Shown here: piece by piece, positions 22,101 to 30,520 of the stretch
Numbering within the stretch: position 1 is the stretch's first letter
Layout of the letters: each line of letters starts with the position of its first letter
Source of the DNA: Macrostomum hystrix
Lineage: Eukaryota > Animalia > Platyhelminthes
Direction of reading: 5' to 3'
DNA length: 64,000 nucleotides
Assembly (NCBI GenBank): GCA_950097015.1
Contig: CATNEN010000029.1
Span: forward strand, 2,108,001 to 2,172,000
Translations under genes and position numbers: made by a program
Notes under the pieces: model-generated
The model's database searches: none
What the model was told of the DNA's origin: nothing
What the model saw: only the letters and a program-made list of their open reading frames with translations

Positions 22101-24315
22101 CCTTGATCTATCTACGCATTGATCTATCTACGCACTCATCTATCTACGCTCTGATCTATCTACGCACTCATCTATCTACACACTGATCTATCTACGAACT
22201 AATCTATCTACACACTGATCTATCTACGCACTCATCTATCTACACACTGATCTATCTACGAACTAATCTATCTACGCTCTGATCTATCTACGCACTCATC
22301 TATCTACGCATTGATCTATCTACGCACTGATCTATCAACGTGCTGATCTATCTACGCCTTGATCTATCTACGCATTGATTAGCTTAGACACTGAACAAAC
22401 TATCAATTACCCATCTTTGCACTATGAATCAACTCATCTGATTTTGTTCGCCCCTGCGTACTCGTAATATTTCAGATGAACCAGCTGTTCCTGGGCCTAG
22501 TTGTATTTGTCTTTACTATCAGGTTTTTGCGCCTGTTGTCATTTAACCGCAAGATGATGATGCTGGGCCACGTGCTGAAGACTGCAGCCCAGCCACTCGG
22601 CAACTTTATGGTCATATTTTACATCATGTTCTTTGCTTTCGTGCAGCTCGGCTATTTCATGTTCAACGTCAAAGTTGAGGCCTTCAAGTCGCTGGTTGAC
22701 TGCGTGGAGACACTGGGAGTCATGACGCTGAGTAAGTAGTGCATTGAACCAATTGCTTTGAAGTGCTAACAGGTTAATGTGCCGAGAAGCACTTCTGCAG
22801 GAAGGCGAAGGGTAAAGATGGGACGGAAAATAGAGCGGAGGTTGGGTGAATATATTCGCTATTTAATTGGATGATCGGGACAGAAAACGGAGTGAGGTGG
22901 TTGCTAGAGCGTCGCAAATGGAGTGAGATGGAGTGAGGTGGGTGGCTGATCGGGAAGGAAATATCGTGCTGTGTGGGTAACAGTTGTAGAGGAATATCTA
23001 AATGAGATGGGTGACAGAGTGTTAACGTCCAGTACCCCGTATGTTGTGAAAAGTATTTTGCAGGTCACCAACCAATTAACCAATTAACAACTCTCTGCAT
23101 TTTTCAGATAAATTTGATTTCACCACATTTGCCGTGGGTGGTGGACAGCTGGGCATGCTGTTCTTCTTTGTCTACATGGTGTTCGTGTCCTTCGTGTTGA
23201 TCAACTTTTTCATCACCATCATCAATGTGGCTTTTAGTCAAGTGAAACGCGAATGGGGCGACACCAAGAACCAGTACGAGATAGTCGAATACGTAGTCAA
23301 GTCCATCAAGTCGGTCTTCGGAATTAATCCGCAGAAGCGGCTGAACCATATCGATCACCAGTTCGCCTACATGGCCGGTGAGCTGTTTTACAACAAATAT
23401 GAACTATTTGGGTGAAGAACTGGCGTGGGTGAACTGATCAATCCTGTCAGTGAATCGATTATTTTCTTCTTCGGGTGAAGCAATATTGTGGATAAATCAA
23501 TTATTTGGATGAATTAACCGTGTGGGTGAATCGATTATTTCGATGAATTAATCGTGTGGGTGAATCTATTATTTCGATGAATTAATCGTGTGGGTGAATC
23601 TATTATTTCGATGAATTAATCGTGTGGGTGAATCTATTATTTCGATGAATTAACCGTGTGGGTGAATCTATTATTTCGATGAATTAATCGTGTGGGTGAA
23701 TCGACGATGTGTGTGAATCGATGATGTGGGTGAATCGATGATGTGGGTGAGTCGATGATGTGGGTGAGTCGATGATGTGGGTGAGTCGCTGATGTGGGTG
23801 AGTCGATGATGTGGGTGAGTCGCTGATGTGGGTGAATAGATGGCGAGGGTGAATCGATGGCGAGGGTGAATCGATGGCGAGGGTGAATCAATGGCGAGGG
23901 TGAATCGATGGCGAGGGTGAATCGATGGCGAGGGTGAATCGATGGCGAGGGTGAATCGATGGCGAGGGTGAATCGATGGCGAGGGTGAATCAATGGCGAG
24001 GGTGAATCAATGGCGAGGGTGAATCGATGGCGAGGGTGAATCGATGGCGAGGGTGAATCGATGGCGAGGGTGAATTGTTACAGGTTTTATGTGCATGTAA
24101 TAAATAAAACTAATCATAGAAGGGCCCATAATGCAAGACCGTAACCCGAACCCGGCGCACCCAACGCAGAGACCTCCAAGTTCGACAGGCAGGTGGAGGA
24201 GCTGGACGACAAGCTGTTCGAGCTGGAGTTCTACATGCGCAACCTCGGCATCATGAACGGTGACGTAGGGCCGGCCAAGAAGCGAGTGAAGAGCAAGGTC
24301 ATCCTCAGCGACTGA
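158..24315 (+). CDS. PKD1L: Polycystin-1 family (PKD1/PKD1-like) gene, 5'-partial, 19 exons, ~2,660 aa in window
   Basis: Domain order is PKD (WDFGDG), REJ, GAIN/GPS (CYSSHLTSF), TM1, PLAT (YELTFWTG..GGTTANV), HIWLSVVTRPPRSKFTRVQR, TMs, TOP (YSGGGY), channel S1-S6 and a C-terminal coiled coil. Exons join in phase through GT-AG sites; exon 4 is the one ambiguous junction. Orthology within the PKD1 family is not resolved. Confidence 0.95.
1150..1335. repeat. Degenerate CA-rich repeat (ccagccaatcc) in intron 1
   Basis: Visible periodicity; produces a spurious NPANP ORF. Confidence 0.8.
1433..2252 (+). CDS. PKD1-like exon 2: REJ region
   Basis: ccacag| acceptor in phase 1, ORF 1450-2256, donor at|gtaagt. 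Confidence 0.88.
3412..3750 (+). mobile_element. tRNA-derived SINE family A, copy 1
   Basis: A-box GGTGGCAGAGCGG, B-box-like GAGCTCGATTCC, a shared body and an AAT-rich tail; similar to five other copies. Confidence 0.85.
3955..4226 (+). CDS. PKD1-like exon 3: REJ (ICVSNC)
   Basis: ctgcag| acceptor in phase 2 restores PPIVSG-I-CVSNC; donor a|gtaagt. Confidence 0.88.
4405..5370. repeat. 16-bp minisatellite (tctacctttctgtaag), ~60 copies
   Basis: Direct periodicity. Confidence 0.97.
5372..5700 (+). mobile_element. SINE family A, copy 2 (near full length)
   Basis: GTGGCAGAGTGG...GAGTTCGATTCC head, body and (ATT)n tail. Confidence 0.88.
5763..6134 (+). CDS. PKD1-like exon 4: REJ (5' boundary ambiguous, 5725 or 5763)
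   Basis: Frame of ORF 5585-6145 (GRTSAGLSIDPPDFF...); donor a|gtacga. See the finding on acceptor choice. Confidence 0.75.
6150..8830. repeat. 19-bp minisatellite (ctctaccctgtctccct[c/a]a), ~140 copies
   Basis: Direct periodicity; a duplicated variant block occurs at ~7563 and ~8692. Confidence 0.97.
8847..9193 (+). CDS. PKD1-like exon 5: end of REJ (LPAG..NYTLTICVSVFD)
   Basis: cccgcag| phase 1; donor gag|gttagt. Confidence 0.9.
9210..10430. repeat. 23-bp minisatellite (ctggtgacactcacacactcacc), ~53 copies
   Basis: Direct periodicity. Confidence 0.97.
10508..11105 (+). CDS. PKD1-like exon 6: helical GAIN-A-like region with (GSSS)n tract
   Basis: ctccag| phase 0; donor a|gtgagt. Confidence 0.88.
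11107..11226 (+). mobile_element. SINE family A, 3' fragment
   Basis: gcctgcgtacggtatctgag...gcagaattgcctc...ggctgcgggtctagtgtcaccaaat matches the 3' body of the other copies. Confidence 0.8.
11302..11438 (+). CDS. PKD1-like exon 7 (not in ORF track; KTFAKGSSPRSG...QTVVAQ)
   Basis: aacgcag| phase 1 to cag|gtgcgc phase 0. Open, with GC3-rich codons, and it bridges exons 6 and 8. Confidence 0.82.
11455..12170. repeat. 13-bp G-rich minisatellite (gtgtggatgtagg), ~55 copies
   Basis: Direct periodicity. Confidence 0.97.
12338..13179 (+). CDS. PKD1-like exon 8: GAIN-B with Thr/Ala-rich and Cys-rich insertions
   Basis: accgcag| phase 0; VYVSAGKAPTDLKYDYFCQLP; donor ac|gtgagt. Confidence 0.9.
13268..13481 (+). 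CDS. PKD1-like exon 9: first half of GPS (GCYY)
   Basis: tccgcag| phase 2; donor tac|gtgagt. Confidence 0.9.
13719..13990 (+). CDS. PKD1-like exon 10: GPS cleavage motif HL/T and TM1
   Basis: ttttcag|; CYSSHLTSFMSSFVVPP; hydrophobic TM1; donor ag|gtgcgg. Confidence 0.92.
13998..14370. repeat. 16-bp minisatellite (catcacacactccctg), intron 10
   Basis: Direct periodicity. Confidence 0.95.
14446..14776 (+). CDS. PKD1-like exon 11: PLAT/LH2 domain
   Basis: RYELTFWTG...IWHDNSGGSPKWYL...CNRWFAFDEEDG; donor atg|gtcagt. Confidence 0.95.
14865..15510. repeat. Same 16-bp minisatellite, intron 11
   Basis: Direct periodicity; same unit as 13998-14370. Confidence 0.95.
15571..16247 (+). CDS. PKD1-like exon 12: TM2-TM3 and cytoplasmic loop
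   Basis: actcag|; HIWLSV..RP..SKFTRVQR family motif; donor tg|gtgggt. Confidence 0.93.
16280..16960. mobile_element. Unclassified interspersed repeat (intron 12); shorter relative at 17985-18250
   Basis: Shared blocks ttcaaatacccact.cctactt.acgatagct and agaatcgttgaatatctcga...cggaaaagttt.gcc.gtgttctg. Confidence 0.6.
17211..17515 (-). mobile_element. SINE family A, copy 4
   Basis: Reverse complement of the family A head and body. Confidence 0.88.
17571..17957 (+). CDS. PKD1-like exon 13: TM4-TM5
   Basis: ctccag| phase 2 gives LPWWTHYVAYCL...LVQPIKI; donor cg|gtgagc. Confidence 0.93.
18339..18820 (+). CDS. PKD1-like exon 14: channel S1 and start of TOP
   Basis: ttgcag| phase 2; RIKEQAM...QLRQLRI...C; donor t|gtgagc. 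Confidence 0.92.
18930..20390. repeat. 50-51-bp minisatellite containing palindrome CCAATGTACATTGG, ~29 copies
   Basis: Period 50 (e.g. 19081 and 19131). Confidence 0.97.
20415..20848 (+). CDS. PKD1-like exon 15: TOP (YSGGGY, WIDKYTRAVFFEF) and S2
   Basis: gccgcag| phase 1; donor agg|gtgagc. Confidence 0.93.
20893..20985 (+). mobile_element. SINE family B, CORE-like fragment (PKD1-like intron 15)
   Basis: gactccact...tcctatagcaaggcactcaac..ttgcttcatttcgtccagctgttaaatgggttcc aligns to the copy at 37204-37475. Confidence 0.7.
21340..21498 (+). CDS. PKD1-like exon 16: S3
   Basis: tcacag|DVFNVMDF; donor cag|gtgagt. Confidence 0.92.
21548..22378. repeat. 16-bp minisatellite (tgatctatctacgcac), ~52 copies
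   Basis: Direct periodicity. Confidence 0.97.
22476..22731 (+). CDS. PKD1-like exon 17: S4-S5 and pore helix
   Basis: ttcag|; IRFLRLLSFNRKM; donor a|gtaagt. Confidence 0.93.
23108..23377 (+). CDS. PKD1-like exon 18: pore loop and S6
   Basis: ttttcag| phase 1; KFDF...LINFFITIINVAF; donor g|gtgagc. Confidence 0.93.
23490..24075. repeat. Compound 34/17-bp minisatellite with gtgggtgaatc core
   Basis: Three successive unit variants. Confidence 0.93.
24170..24315 (+). CDS. PKD1-like terminal exon 19: coiled coil, stop TGA (not in ORF track)
   Basis: aacgcag| phase 1; ETSKFDRQVEELDDKLFELEFYMRNL...VILSD*. Confidence 0.85.
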
Positions 24316-24929
24316 TTTTGATTTGCCGGCTCGGAGGAGGAAAAAATATGGTATCCGTTTTTTCCCAGAAACGTAACTAACGATTAAACAGTTAAACACA
24401 GTGCTAGCACTGTTTGTCTTAGTTTGTGGTCTAAAGATAAACCAATATATAACTGACGAACAAATTGTCTGCTTATTTTATTCATCGACATTCACCGTAT
24501 CACTGCAGTTTTATTATATATCCAATCATGTACACCCAGATATATTTAGCATGTATAAATACGCAGTCTTGAAAATTCTCATTGTTTTTTTCTTATTTCT
24601 GCAAGTACTCGTAATGTACCCATCGCAACATAAAAAGAATACTTAAGTTTTCTAGATATTTTCCTAAGAAAAACTTGTCCCGTAATCGTAATAATTACTC
24701 TAAAAATGCTGTTTAAAATTGAGTAAAAAAGCAACCATTTCATTTTTAGTATATTAGAAGAAATAACAGCTTAACTTGTTGAGCGCCCTTTTTATCCTAC
24801 TCGTAGATTATCTAGCGTGAAGACATCCATCCGCTTAAATCAAATATGCATTGACTTCAATCAGTTGCTTTACTTTCATAAATTGCTTCAGTGCAACCAG
24901 CCACGACTGTAGCTAAGCCGGGATCTATG

Positions 24930-25218
24930 ACCAGTGGCCAAAAGACTGACTGGTAGGGGATCATTGACCAGCAGACTGACTGGTGGGGGTCATTGACCAG
25001 CAGACTGACTGGTAGGGGGTCATTGACCAGCAGACTGACTGGTAGGGGGTCATTGACCAGCAGACTGACTGGTAGGGGGTCATTGACCAGCAGACTGACT
25101 GGTAGGGGGTCATTGACCAGCAGACTGACTGGTAGGGGGTCATTGACCAGCAGACTGACTGGTAGGGGGTCATTGACCAGCAGACTGACTGGTAGGGGGT
25201 CATTGACCAGCAGACTGA
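24930..25218. repeat. 30-bp minisatellite (cattgaccagcagactgactggtagggggt), ~9 copies
   Basis: Period 30. Confidence 0.95.
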
Positions 25219-25365
25219 TGGAGCCAAACCAAGTTAGCTACGAATCGAAACAAAGCAACAACAAAGAGTTAACAGGCAAGACAAAAGGCAATTTCAATCC
25301 AAATCTGCAGCCTTTAATTAACTAGGCAACGACGAAAGTGTGAAGCCGCTAACGCAGGCTATTGA

Positions 25366-25371
25366 TTTATT
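25366..25371 (-). terminator. Candidate poly(A) signal of RPS11
   Basis: AATAAA on the minus strand, ~100 nt after the stop. Confidence 0.5.
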
Positions 25372-25471
25372 ATATCCAGTCCAGCAACCCAGTTCGATCA
25401 GTCAGCGTGACAGGGCATTATCAATGTCTGATGCACAAACTAGCAGTTCCACACAATTCACAGACTGCCTC

Positions 25472-25918
25472 CTAGAACTTCTGGAACGAGGACTTCTTGC
25501 TGCCGCCACGAGCCTTGCTCACCTTGACAACGTTGAACGAGACCGTCTTGCTAAGCGGCCGGCACTCGCCGACGGTGACAATGTCGCCTAGTTCAACGTC
25601 GCGAAAGCAGGGCGACAGGTGCACGGACATGTTCTTGTGTCGCTTCTCGTAGCGCTGGTATTTTTGCACAAAGTGCAGATAGTCCCGCCTGATGACAATG
25701 GTTCGCTGCATCTTCATCTTGGTGACCACGCCGGTGAAGATGCGGCCCCGGATGTGCACATTGCCGGTGAAGGGGCACTTCTTGTCAACGTAGCCGCCTT
25801 CGATGGCTTCTCGAGGCGTCTTGAAGCCCAGGCCGACATTCTTCACGTAGTGATTGCGGCGGCCCTTCTTGCCGCGCACCTCCTGCTTCTGAAAGGCTCG
25901 CTCGTTCAGTTCGGCCAT
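25472..25918 (-). CDS. RPS11: 40S ribosomal protein S11 (uS17), 148 aa, intronless CDS
   Basis: [35 protein letters not shown] and [16 protein letters not shown] are the uS17/S11 signatures. Confidence 0.98.
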   Translation of the reverse strand: MAELNERAFQKQEVRGKKGRRNHYVKNVGLGFKTPREAIEGGYVDKKCPFTGNVHIRGRIFTGVVTKMKMQRTIVIRRDYLHFVQKYQRYEKRHKNMSVHLSPCFRDVELGDIVTVGECRPLSKTVSFNVVKVSKARGGSKKSSFQKF

Positions 25919-25982
25919 TGCTGCTCACACTTGCCTGGCTGTAATGGGATAAAAATATATCAACTGCCGCTGCTGCTTACAC

Positions 25983-26092
25983 GTTTCACACATTTGTCAC
26001 ATCTACCTGACACTTCTGTCACATCAACCTGACACTTCTGTCACATCTACCTGACACTTCTGTCACATCTACCTGACACTTCTATCACAACC
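25983..26092. repeat. 22-bp repeat (tcacatctacctgacacttctg) upstream of RPS11
   Basis: About 4-5 copies. Confidence 0.85.
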
Positions 26093-26600
26093 ACCCCTAA
26101 GTAAAGATCCGAGAAGGAAATAGATTAACTGGCACTGGTAGCGATCTAATTTGGGTCACATTTCAGTTCCAGCTATCGAAAAATGAATTATAGTGACTTA
26201 GAAAAGTCTACTCTACTGCTAAATAGCGCAGAGACGTACGGGAATAGTCACTGACTCGATCATTGAAAATAAAGTAAGACTTGAAAGGGTAAGTCTGTTA
26301 CGCTTGTAATTACAATTGATTAAATGATTTTACAATAAAACTTCTAGCAAAGCAAACTGAATAAGTGACACAGTATGAACAAGTAATAAATTGGAAAATC
26401 TAAATTAAGTACAATCATTTGATCGAGCAATATATATACTAGGAAAGGCAGGTTTTGTAGGTGCAATAGAAAAACAAACAGGATCTAACGATTTCTTGAA
26501 GATAAAACAAGAGTTCATTTTAGTCACAACTGGTGTGTACAAACTAATTGTAATTGTTAATAGAATTATGCTATGCACAAGACCTAGGGGCGAAAAATTT

Positions 26601-26606
26601 TTTATT
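26601..26606 (-). terminator. Candidate poly(A) signal of BAG3-like gene
   Basis: AATAAA on the minus strand, ~200 nt after the stop. Confidence 0.45.
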
Positions 26607-26809
26607 TGACGTTACGTTACAACTGATAAAATGTATTGGTTGCTAGTAGTAATTGCTAGCAATGGCCAGAATTAATTAATCTGTTCTATGGGCGTACGTC
26701 ACTTTGGTCAATTAACTATGCGAATTGAAGTACTGAAGTACAACTTTTAGTGTTTCTATCTAAATAATAATAACTGGGGTAGGAATACAGCACTTTCATA
26801 GGCAAGCTA

Positions 26810-27670
26810 CTAAGTCTGCGCTGATTTAGACTCCAATCGCCGCAGCAGCTCTTGCACACGAAGGATGCAGGTTTTTCTGGCATCGCGAATCTCCGCTTCG
26901 CCGGCAGATTCAACGCAGTCTAGGCGCTCCAAAACACGCGTCAGGGATTCCTCAATTTGGCGATAGATCTTGTCGCCCGCCTGACCACTGAACTGGTCAA
27001 CCTGCGCCTCTAACTGGCGCCGCTCTTCGTCAATCGAGTCGATTTTCTTTAATGCGGACTTGACCAAGTTGTTGGACTGGGCGGAAAAACCTCCGCTGAT
27101 TTGATGAGAGTTGTGGTCGGCGCTAATTGGATGATAATCCTGGCCACCGCTCATTGGCTGAGAGTTCTGACCGGCGCCCGTTGGATAATAATTCTGGCCA
27201 CCGCTCATTGGCTGAGGGTTCTGACTGGCGCCCGTTGGAAAATAATTCTGGCCACCGCTCATTGGCTGAGGGTTCTGACTGGCGCCTGTTGGATAATAAT
27301 TCTGGCCACCGCTTATTGGCTGAGGGTTCTGACTGGCGCCTGTTGGATAATAATTCTGGCCACCGCTCATTGGCTGAGGGTTCTGACTGGCGCCTATTAG
27401 ATAATAATTCTGGCCACCGCTCATTGGCTGAGGGTTCTGACCGGCGCCCGTTGGATAATAATTCTGGCCACCGCTCATTGGCTGAGGGTTCTGACCAGCG
27501 GCCGTTGGCTGCTGCTGTTGGGGCAATGTCGGTGGTAATCTAGGATCGCGCCAAGTTGTTGTGCGACTGTTATGGTCGATAAAATAAGGATGCCCGGTGG
27601 CGGGGTCGAGCCGTCTCTCCCAACCGGGAGGTAGCGGTGGTCCCGTATCAGCCTGATATGCGTACGGCTT
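26810..27670 (-). CDS. BAG3: WW + BAG domain co-chaperone (BAG3/starvin-like); single 861-nt exon with no in-frame ATG
   Basis: Manual upstream extension of ORF 26810-27526 gives [32 protein letters not shown] (WW, 27539-27634). The C-terminus has a BAG domain ([15 protein letters not shown]...[16 protein letters not shown]). The acceptor is tttccaatctttcag at 27671. Confidence 0.9.
   Translation of the reverse strand, partial: KPYAYQADTGPPLPPGWERRLDPATGHPYFIDHNSRTTTWRDPRLPPTLPQQQQPTAAGQNPQPMSGGQNYYPTGAGQNPQPMSGGQNYYLIGASQNPQPMSGGQNYYPTGASQNPQPISGGQNYYPTGASQNPQPMSGGQNYFPTGASQNPQPMSGGQNYYPTGAGQNSQPMSGGQDYHPISADHNSHQISGGFSAQSNNLVKSALKKIDSIDEERRQLEAQVDQFSGQAGDKIYRQIEESLTRVLERLDCVESAGEAEIRDARKTCILRVQELLRRLESKSAQT
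27090..27500 (-). repeat. 54-bp coding tandem repeat (18 aa [18 protein letters not shown]) in BAG3-like protein
   Basis: Six near-perfect and two degenerate units, all in frame. Confidence 0.95.
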
Positions 27671-30202
27671 CTGAAAGATTGGAAACTTTCATTTAAAATT
27701 TGTGAATTCAAATGATTGTCTGTTGGGCTCTCTAAAGACTTCAGAAAGTTTATTGGAGGCAAGGCCAACTGCAAAAAATATTCTACTAGTATAAGACATA
27801 GACACATCTAGATTTACACCTCATATTGTCAATAATTTGACTACTGCAACTAAAATCAAACTTCATGAATCTGATTTACAGCATGAGCATGCGCAGCTTA
27901 GTCAATGACACCCAACTCTATTTATGTAGTTTGTAAAGGATTGTTTAATACAGAAGACTAATACAACAATATCAAAACACCATTTAAGAAATTCTAGAAA
28001 ATACAATTACATTTGTTTATATTAAAATTGGATGGTCTTTACTATAAATTTTAAGATACAAATTTATCTAACCAATTAAATAAATTATATATTTTTCTAT
28101 TTACAAAATCAGGAAAACTAGGAGTCGACGGACGATTGACGAGGCCTGCTTCTATTCAATAAATTAGAATATTAGGCCCCAAAAAACTAAGTCATTGCCT
28201 ATAGACTAAATCAAAATCAATATAACAACAATAAGGACTGTGATTATATAACAAGTTTAAGAAATACCACAATAGTATAAGCAAATATCATAAAAAACCG
28301 AGAACAATGAACAGTAGACTAAGTCAGAACATTATCAACCATCTTATATACCAATCAAATGTACTAAGAAAACAATAACAAAAATATAATTCCAGAACCA
28401 ATTAATAAAGGATTAGGTCTACAAGCAATCATCATACACTTTAAATTGTAGAGGTCCGAAGCAGGTCTATATTTCGAAACCGGACTTTGAGGTCCAAAAT
28501 CAGAAAAGAAGAAAACCATTTTTAGAGGAATAACACAGAAATTACCCACTTTACACACATAGCTACCAGTTTGATGACAATTGCATACTTATACAACTTA
28601 CTAAATATGCCACAATACACGAAGAAAGCTTCTTATTAAGCACATATGATAACATCATATGAACAAGAAAGTAAAATTTGTAGCATTTATTTTGTTTATG
28701 CATGCTACCTGCATTTGTAATGATCTAATAATTTTTTGTTGCCTTTTCAAAATTACCTCCTTTTAATTCTATCACAGTTAATGAATGAATTATATTCTGC
28801 CCTTGAGTTCCAACCACTTGTCTAATTTTCCTAGACGATGATAAACTTCAACAATACTCACATTTTTGTTTCTTTAATTAATGAACTACATTCCACAATG
28901 TCCTGAGGTGTCTATCTCATCCTCATTGTCGGTTGATGTGCCTATGCTCTGTGGGGCTACCAGGCTACCATTATTTCTACATGTGCCTCTGACTGAGCCT
29001 GAGCTCAGCTGCTCAGGAAGCTGGGCTGAAGTTTCTTTGATTGATTAGTGCAGTAGGCTCCTTTACATAATATCCATTTAAAGCTGCCAAAAATCTTATC
29101 CATGGTTTTGCTCTTTTTCTGCTATTGATGTTTCTGAAGTTTTTAGACATTAAAAACCATCATTCATTTGGTAATAAGTGGTTCCATTGACCAATAAATG
29201 GATGTTTTAATGGATGTTCAACAATTGAAGCCCAGAGGGCAAATGTTTGAAAACTGCATGAACCTGAAGATAGTCTAGATAATATTTGTTGTTTTTGTCT
29301 ACAAAAAAACAGACAAAACAAAGAAATGTAAAGAGTTTGGGCACTTCTGTTTCAAAGAGGTCCATATATAGTGCCACTGTGGACATCTAACAGACCTTTC
29401 TGATTTACAGTGTATAGGAGAAGTTAAAGAACAAAAAAGGAATTTCCTGTTAGACAGGTGAAATGAACAATATCTTAAGCAAAAGCAAATAGACAAAAAT
29501 GTTCACAGGAACTCTGATTAGAATGACAGACTGAATAGTGACAGCCTTTGATGGATCTGAAGTACAGCTAGCAGGAGAGCTATCAATGACTGTGAAGTTT
29601 GAAGATATAGAAGCCAAATTCGAATTCTGACTTTGTAAAATTAACTGCGACAATATTCTTGGAATGGACTTTTTCCTAGGCTATTATGAAGGCATTAAAT
29701 TTACGAAGATTTTAATTAGGCCATGCTACAGCAGCTATTCAACACTGCTAGTCATAGTTCCAAAGAAAGATGGTAGTATACACATAGCCAGGGTGTTTGG
29801 GTCCTGATAATTTTTTGGGATAGGGCTTCAGGTTCTTTATAAATGGTTGGGATTGGGGTTTGGGACAGAGTTTGGGCAATGGGGCTAGCAGGGTTTTAGG
29901 GGTTTTGACTTTTTTAATTTAATAAGTAGAATCTATGTAGTTATATAAAAACTGTTTATTTAATAAATCATATTATATTTATATTTATTTATTTATATGC
30001 CTACTAAAACTGGAACTATTTTATAGAATTAAAGTTCAAGAAGAATTGCAACAAAATTGCAACTATTATTGCAGATTTGTCAAATTATGCAGATGTAGCA
30101 TTTCTTTTATTTCAGTTAACTAAGAAGGTATCGTCATCGTCATCCAGATGACAATCTGTCCAATATCTTAGAAGGTGGATGACAAAGAGACTAAGACTTG
30201 TG

Positions 30203-30520
30203 GACACTTTATCATCTATAAAACAAAAGTTTTCAAAGTTAGAACAGAACCACCCCTCCTCACATCATGTTGGCACCTATCTTTCAACTCTTATAATGAA
30301 ATCAGTTTTGACACCTCTTTTTGACAATTTAGAATGTGAAGTGTGTTCACACCTCTGCCCCACCACCCCAACCTCACTTTAATGATGACAAAGTTAATTG
30401 CTTGTTAATAGTAGACGATGAACTGACCAAACTTTAAAGCATGCCAATTGGCTAGATGACAAAGTGTCCTACTTTCCAAGTGGATGACAAAGATGTAAGA
30501 TGACAAAGTGTCTAGGATCC
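30203..30520. mobile_element. Small MITE-like element with gatgacaaag subrepeats
   Basis: ggacactttatcatcta and tagatgacaaagtgtcc form an inverted pair. Confidence 0.5.

Noticed and set aside
25593-26032. ORFs overlapping RPS11 in other frames or on the opposite strand
   Set aside because: Shadows of a GC-rich conserved CDS.
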